Shown: positions 60,327 through 64,000 of the stretch, in pieces
How the letters are laid out: each line of letters opens with the position of its first letter
Numbering within the stretch: the stretch's first letter is position 1
From: Alphaproteobacteria bacterium
GTDB lineage: Bacteria > Pseudomonadota > Alphaproteobacteria > UBA828
Length of the DNA stretch: 64,000 bases
Assembly (NCBI GenBank): GCA_963422645.2
Contig: CAXXVO010000005.1
Coordinates: forward strand, 160,001 to 224,000
Direction: 5' to 3'
Position numbers and translations under genes: made by a program
Notes under the pieces: generated by a model
Told to the model about the DNA's origin: nothing
Databases searched by the model: none
What the model saw: only the letters and a program-made list of their open reading frames with translations

Positions 60327-61601
60327 TCATGCGCCCGCTTGCGTGAAGTAGGGGCGGGGGTCGGCGATCCGCCCCTCCAGCGCCGATGCCGCCACCGCCG
60401 CGGCATTGCAGAGATAGATTTCCGAGTCCGGGCTCCCCATGCGCCCGGTGACGTTGAGCGTGCCGGTAGAGACCGCGCGCTGGCCTGCGGTCATGGTGGC
60501 GATGCGACCGTAACAGTAGTCGCAGGACGACGAGGTGACGAAGGCGCCGGCCTCGATCAGCGTGGTCAGCAGGCCTTCGCGGGCAGCGTTCGCCATGATC
60601 GCCTGGCTGGTGGGCACGATGTGGAGCTGGAAGCCCGGCGCGATGCGGCGGCCCTTGAGCACCGCCGCGGCGGCGCGCAGGTCCTCCAGCCGGCCGGAAG
60701 CGCAGGAGCCGAGGTAGCCGGCCTGGACCTCGAGCCCGGCATGGTCCGCGAGGTCGGCGGTGGCGGCCGGGTTGGGCGGCACCACGACAATGGGGGCGAG
60801 ATCGGTGAGGTCGACCTCGTGCAGCGCGGCGTAGGTGGCGTCCTCGTCGCTCGCCTGCGGCTCGAAGGACCCGGGCACGTGGACGCGGGCGTAGTCGAGC
60901 GCGAGCCGGTCGGGGTTGCAAATCGCGGTCAGCGCGCCGGTGAACATGGCGAGCCCGGTGATGGTCTGGCGCCCTTCCAGCGAGATGTCGCCGAGCGCCG
61001 GGCCGCCCAGCTCCAGCACCTGAAAGCGGCAGGAGCGGGGGCCGAGCACGCGCACCAGATGGTGGAACACGTCGCGCGCCATCACGCCGGGGGCGAGCCG
61101 GCCGGTGAGGTTGACCCGCGTGGTCTCCGGCACGGTGAAGTCGATCCGCTCGCGGACGAAGGCCTCCAACAGCTGCGTGTGGATGCCGATGGCAAGCGTG
61201 CCGAAGGCGCCGAGCTGCGCGATGTGGCCGTCGAAGTGGACGACGAAGCCGCCGGGCACCGCGTAGCCCGCCTCCGCCGCCACCTGATGGCCGATGCCCT
61301 CGCGCTCGTGGAGCTTCACCCCGTTCTCGGCGCACCAGGTGCGGGTGACGATGTGCAGCTCTTCTTCCTCGGGTGTGTTCGCCGGCACCATGTGATCGAT
61401 GAAGAGGGCGTAGCGCTCCGGCTCGGCCACGCGTTCGATGCCGAACTCCTCCTTCATCTGCTTGAAGATGAGGTCGAGATAACCGGGGAAGTCGTAGCCC
61501 AGCACGTGGTCGGGCTTGACCTCGACTTCCGTGCCGGCCGGCACCGGCGCACCCGCCCTGCTCGCGCGCCCCATGATCTTTTCGGCGATCGTATAGCCCA
61601 T
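60327..61601 (-). CDS. Divergent LeuC/HacA-like aconitase-family large subunit
   Basis: MGYTIAEKI, DH, GIGHQ, LGSCASGR, CDYCYG 4Fe-4S ligands, GRMGS. Confidence 0.88.
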   Translation of the reverse strand: MGYTIAEKIMGRASRAGAPVPAGTEVEVKPDHVLGYDFPGYLDLIFKQMKEEFGIERVAEPERYALFIDHMVPANTPEEEELHIVTRTWCAENGVKLHEREGIGHQVAAEAGYAVPGGFVVHFDGHIAQLGAFGTLAIGIHTQLLEAFVRERIDFTVPETTRVNLTGRLAPGVMARDVFHHLVRVLGPRSCRFQVLELGGPALGDISLEGRQTITGLAMFTGALTAICNPDRLALDYARVHVPGSFEPQASDEDATYAALHEVDLTDLAPIVVVPPNPAATADLADHAGLEVQAGYLGSCASGRLEDLRAAAAVLKGRRIAPGFQLHIVPTSQAIMANAAREGLLTTLIEAGAFVTSSSCDYCYGRIATMTAGQRAVSTGTLNVTGRMGSPDSEIYLCNAAAVAASALEGRIADPRPYFTQAGA

Positions 61602-61673
61602 CGCTCCCCGCCCGTGCCGCTCTGCGTAGCGGATGGTAGCACCATCGGGCGGCGCCGCGCAGAGATGCGCCCG

Positions 61674-62663
61674 TCAGGACTTATCCAGGCGGAAGAGGAG
61701 CAGGAGCGTGCGCTGGAGGAAATTGAAGTTGTCGTCGGAGAGGATGTAGACGAGCGTTGCGCCGTCCACGTCGCGGGTCACGGCCAGGCCTTCGTAGTTG
61801 TCCACGGTGAGCGGCGGTGCGAAGCGGGCGAGGAGCTCGCCCTTCAGCACGGCACCGCCTCCGATGGCGCTGGCGGGAATCCGCTCGAGCCGCGCCTTGA
61901 ACCCGCCGAGCAGCTTGAAGTAGCGCGACAGCACGAGCACGTCGCCGTTCGGTAGTAGAGCCGCATCGGTCGGCTTGAAATCGCGCGCGGTGCGATAGCC
62001 AAGCGGCTCGATTTCCTGGCCGACGAGCCAGCCGGCGCGGGAGCCGCCGGTGCGGTTCAGGCTCTCCGCCAGCATGAGGATGCGTCCGTCGGGAAGCGGC
62101 GTCAGCGCTTCCAGCCCGCCGTTGGGCGGGGCGGCCGCGATGCCCTTCGGCGTCGGGAAGGGCGCGGGGCGACCCTGCAGGCCGCCGGTCTCCGCCGCAT
62201 AGCGCCAGACGCGGTGACGTCCTTCGAAGCTCACCAGCCAGTCGCCGCCCGGCAGGCGCTCCAGCGCCTCGGCGTCGCGCCACTCGCCCGCGGCCGGGCG
62301 GCCCTTCGTGTCGAGGAGCGGTCCCAGCGCGGCGTCTACCAGGTCCACGAGGCGGCCGTTGCGGTCGCGCACGATACGGGCGGTGAACCAATGGCCGCGG
62401 TCGGTGACGGCGGTGAGCCGCCCGTCTGCCGTGGCGCTGAGGCCGGAGAGGCCGCCGAACGCCGCTTCGTCGCTCCGCAGATCCAAGCCGCCGAGGAAGT
62501 GCAGGCGGCCAACGTCCTGCACGGCGCGGTCGGTCGTGTCGAGGGCGATCGGGCGCGTGGAGAGCGAGATCGAAGCAGCGAATGCGTCGCCGAACGCCAG
62601 CGCGAAGGCGCTGACGATGACGGCGGCGACGAGGGCGCGCGCCAGCGAGCGGCAGCTCGTCAT
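61674..62663 (-). CDS. Esterase-like activity of phytase family protein (beta-propeller)
   Basis: FGGLSG, VTDRG, DAEAL, N.GLEAL, DNYEGL, LSDDNF...QRT. Confidence 0.87.
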   Translation of the reverse strand: MTSCRSLARALVAAVIVSAFALAFGDAFAASISLSTRPIALDTTDRAVQDVGRLHFLGGLDLRSDEAAFGGLSGLSATADGRLTAVTDRGHWFTARIVRDRNGRLVDLVDAALGPLLDTKGRPAAGEWRDAEALERLPGGDWLVSFEGRHRVWRYAAETGGLQGRPAPFPTPKGIAAAPPNGGLEALTPLPDGRILMLAESLNRTGGSRAGWLVGQEIEPLGYRTARDFKPTDAALLPNGDVLVLSRYFKLLGGFKARLERIPASAIGGGAVLKGELLARFAPPLTVDNYEGLAVTRDVDGATLVYILSDDNFNFLQRTLLLLFRLDKS

Positions 62664-63922
62664 GCCGTGGCCTTCGCCCGTGCGAGACGCGCGTCGGCAC
62701 GCCATACGCCGACGACGGCTGCCAAGCCGATGCCTGGGCAGACCAGCATGGTCCACCACGCGGATGCCCAGTCGCCGACCGCCTCGGTCACTGCGGCCAG
62801 CAGAGGCGGGCCGAGCATGCTGCCGAGTGCGGCTCCCTGCGCCACGAAGCCGCTCGCCGTGGCGACCTGCTCCTGACCGGGCGCATGCGCCGCGCCGCCT
62901 TCGAGGCAGGCGGCAGGCAAGAGGCCGCCAACCAGGGCGAAGCAGAGCGCGAGCGGGATCTTGGCGACGTCGGGCGTGAATGACGCGAAGAGCGCTGCCG
63001 CGCACACTCCCATCGCGACGTAGGCGGTGCCGATCAGCAGCCAGCGCGCGGCGCCGCGGTGCATGAGCGCCGCGCCGGCGACGGCACCGAGCGCGGTCAT
63101 GGAGACGATGAGCGCGGTGAAGAGCGCGGCACCGGCGAGCGAGCGGCCCTGGGTCTCGATCAGGAAGGTCGGCAGCCAGGTCATCAATGCCAGCCACTGG
63201 ATCGAGAACAGCACGAAGCACGTGCCGAACAACCAGGGCCCCGGCCGCGCCAGCGTCGCGCGCACGCCTGCACCGAACCGCCAGGGCCCCGGCCGCGGGC
63301 GTGTCACTCGCCCACCCGCGTCGTCGATGGCCGCGCCGACGACCGTCAGTGGACGCCAGCGCCGCGGCGCCGTCCTCCAACCGAAGACGAGCAAGAAGAG
63401 AAGAACGAGCCCGGCGTTCAGGAACCAGAGGCCGCGCCAGCCGATCGAGGCCAGCAGCGCCGTCGCGATCACCAGGGAGAGGGCCATGCCGATCGGCATG
63501 TAGGTGCCCCAGGCGCCGAGGGCGAAGCGGCGCACGTCGGTGCGCGTCGCGGCGACGATCAGCTTGGGCGCGGCCACCGTCAGGGCGACGAAGCCGAAGC
63601 CCTCGGCCACGCGGGTCACGAGCAGCAGCGTCCCGTTTCCGGCGAACCCGCCGGCAAGGCTCGCGAGCGCCATCACCGCGCCCCCTGCGAGCACCATCCG
63701 CCGGGCGCCCAAGCGGTCGATCAGCAGCCCGCCGGCGACGCCGAACGCGGCGCCGATACCGTAGAACGACGACGCGATCAGCCCGGCAATGACGCGGGGC
63801 AGCCCGAGTTCGGCCTGTAACAAGGGCAGCGCGGGCGGCACCTTGCCGACCTGCAGGCCCACGATGTAGCCGGCCGCGAGCGCAAGCGCCACGATGTCCC
63901 AGCGGGTGCGCTCGGACGTCAT
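62660..63922 (-). CDS. MFS transporter (CynX/NimT-like)
   Basis: QVGKVPPALP, DRLGARR, RVAEGFG, WGTYMP, about 12 TM segments. Confidence 0.87.
   Translation of the reverse strand: MTSERTRWDIVALALAAGYIVGLQVGKVPPALPLLQAELGLPRVIAGLIASSFYGIGAAFGVAGGLLIDRLGARRMVLAGGAVMALASLAGGFAGNGTLLLVTRVAEGFGFVALTVAAPKLIVAATRTDVRRFALGAWGTYMPIGMALSLVIATALLASIGWRGLWFLNAGLVLLFLLVFGWRTAPRRWRPLTVVGAAIDDAGGRVTRPRPGPWRFGAGVRATLARPGPWLFGTCFVLFSIQWLALMTWLPTFLIETQGRSLAGAALFTALIVSMTALGAVAGAALMHRGAARWLLIGTAYVAMGVCAAALFASFTPDVAKIPLALCFALVGGLLPAACLEGGAAHAPGQEQVATASGFVAQGAALGSMLGPPLLAAVTEAVGDWASAWWTMLVCPGIGLAAVVGVWRADARLARAKATA
63225..63320. repeat. 48-bp in-frame tandem duplication inside the MFS gene
   Basis: AGGRVTRPRPGPWRFG / AGVRATLARPGPWLFG. 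Confidence 0.8.
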
Positions 63923-64000
63923 GCGTGCGTGGGCCTATGGCGCGGGACCAAGGGTCGATGACAATTGCGGCTCCGGTCTCCCGCTAAGAGAGCGACGCCG

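Larger units (their letters stand above)
57652..60330 (-). pseudogene. LeuD/HacB-like hydro-lyase small subunit, split by IS1634
   Basis: 5' part 60330-60127 (DVDQIVG...PGDVVVGAENFG); 3' part 57967-57652 (GHPH...GVRAVIADSFA...AGGLIPYL). Rejoins in frame as ENFGYGHPH. Confidence 0.9.

Overview
High-GC chromosomal window from an alphaproteobacterium. The gene orders gcrA, TPR-ispE, yfgM-bamB-der, acpS-lepB-rnc-era and def-fmt-truA support this; a Rhodospirillales-like, possibly host-associated origin is inference only. Most of the window is core or metabolic genes: ETF-QO, three LLM oxidoreductases, a tungsten-type aldehyde:ferredoxin oxidoreductase operon (aorABC, moaD-like and a small ORF), a CueR/CopA copper cluster, ptrB, mtnK, a class III aminotransferase and a divergent LeuC/LeuD-like pair. 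Three mobile-DNA events are visible. (1) A phage tail remnant is cut by an IS21 whose right end is missing. (2) A 2.2-kb IS-sized element carrying a large serine recombinase and two small ORFs, with perfect 20-bp terminal inverted repeats and a 2-bp GG/AG core instead of a TSD, splits an NCS2 permease-HATPase-like fusion gene in frame. (3) An IS1634 with 18-bp IRs and a GTAA TSD splits the leuD-like gene. Other signals read from the sequence: a sigma54-type promoter with two repeated upstream motifs ahead of an unannotated 33-aa membrane peptide; tandem NrdR-like boxes over the gcrA promoter; a 47-bp palindromic direct repeat flanking an SRPBCC gene; a sodC remnant; and back-to-back CueR promoters. 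No tRNA, rRNA or CRISPR array was seen. All family assignments come from motif recognition by eye, not database searches.
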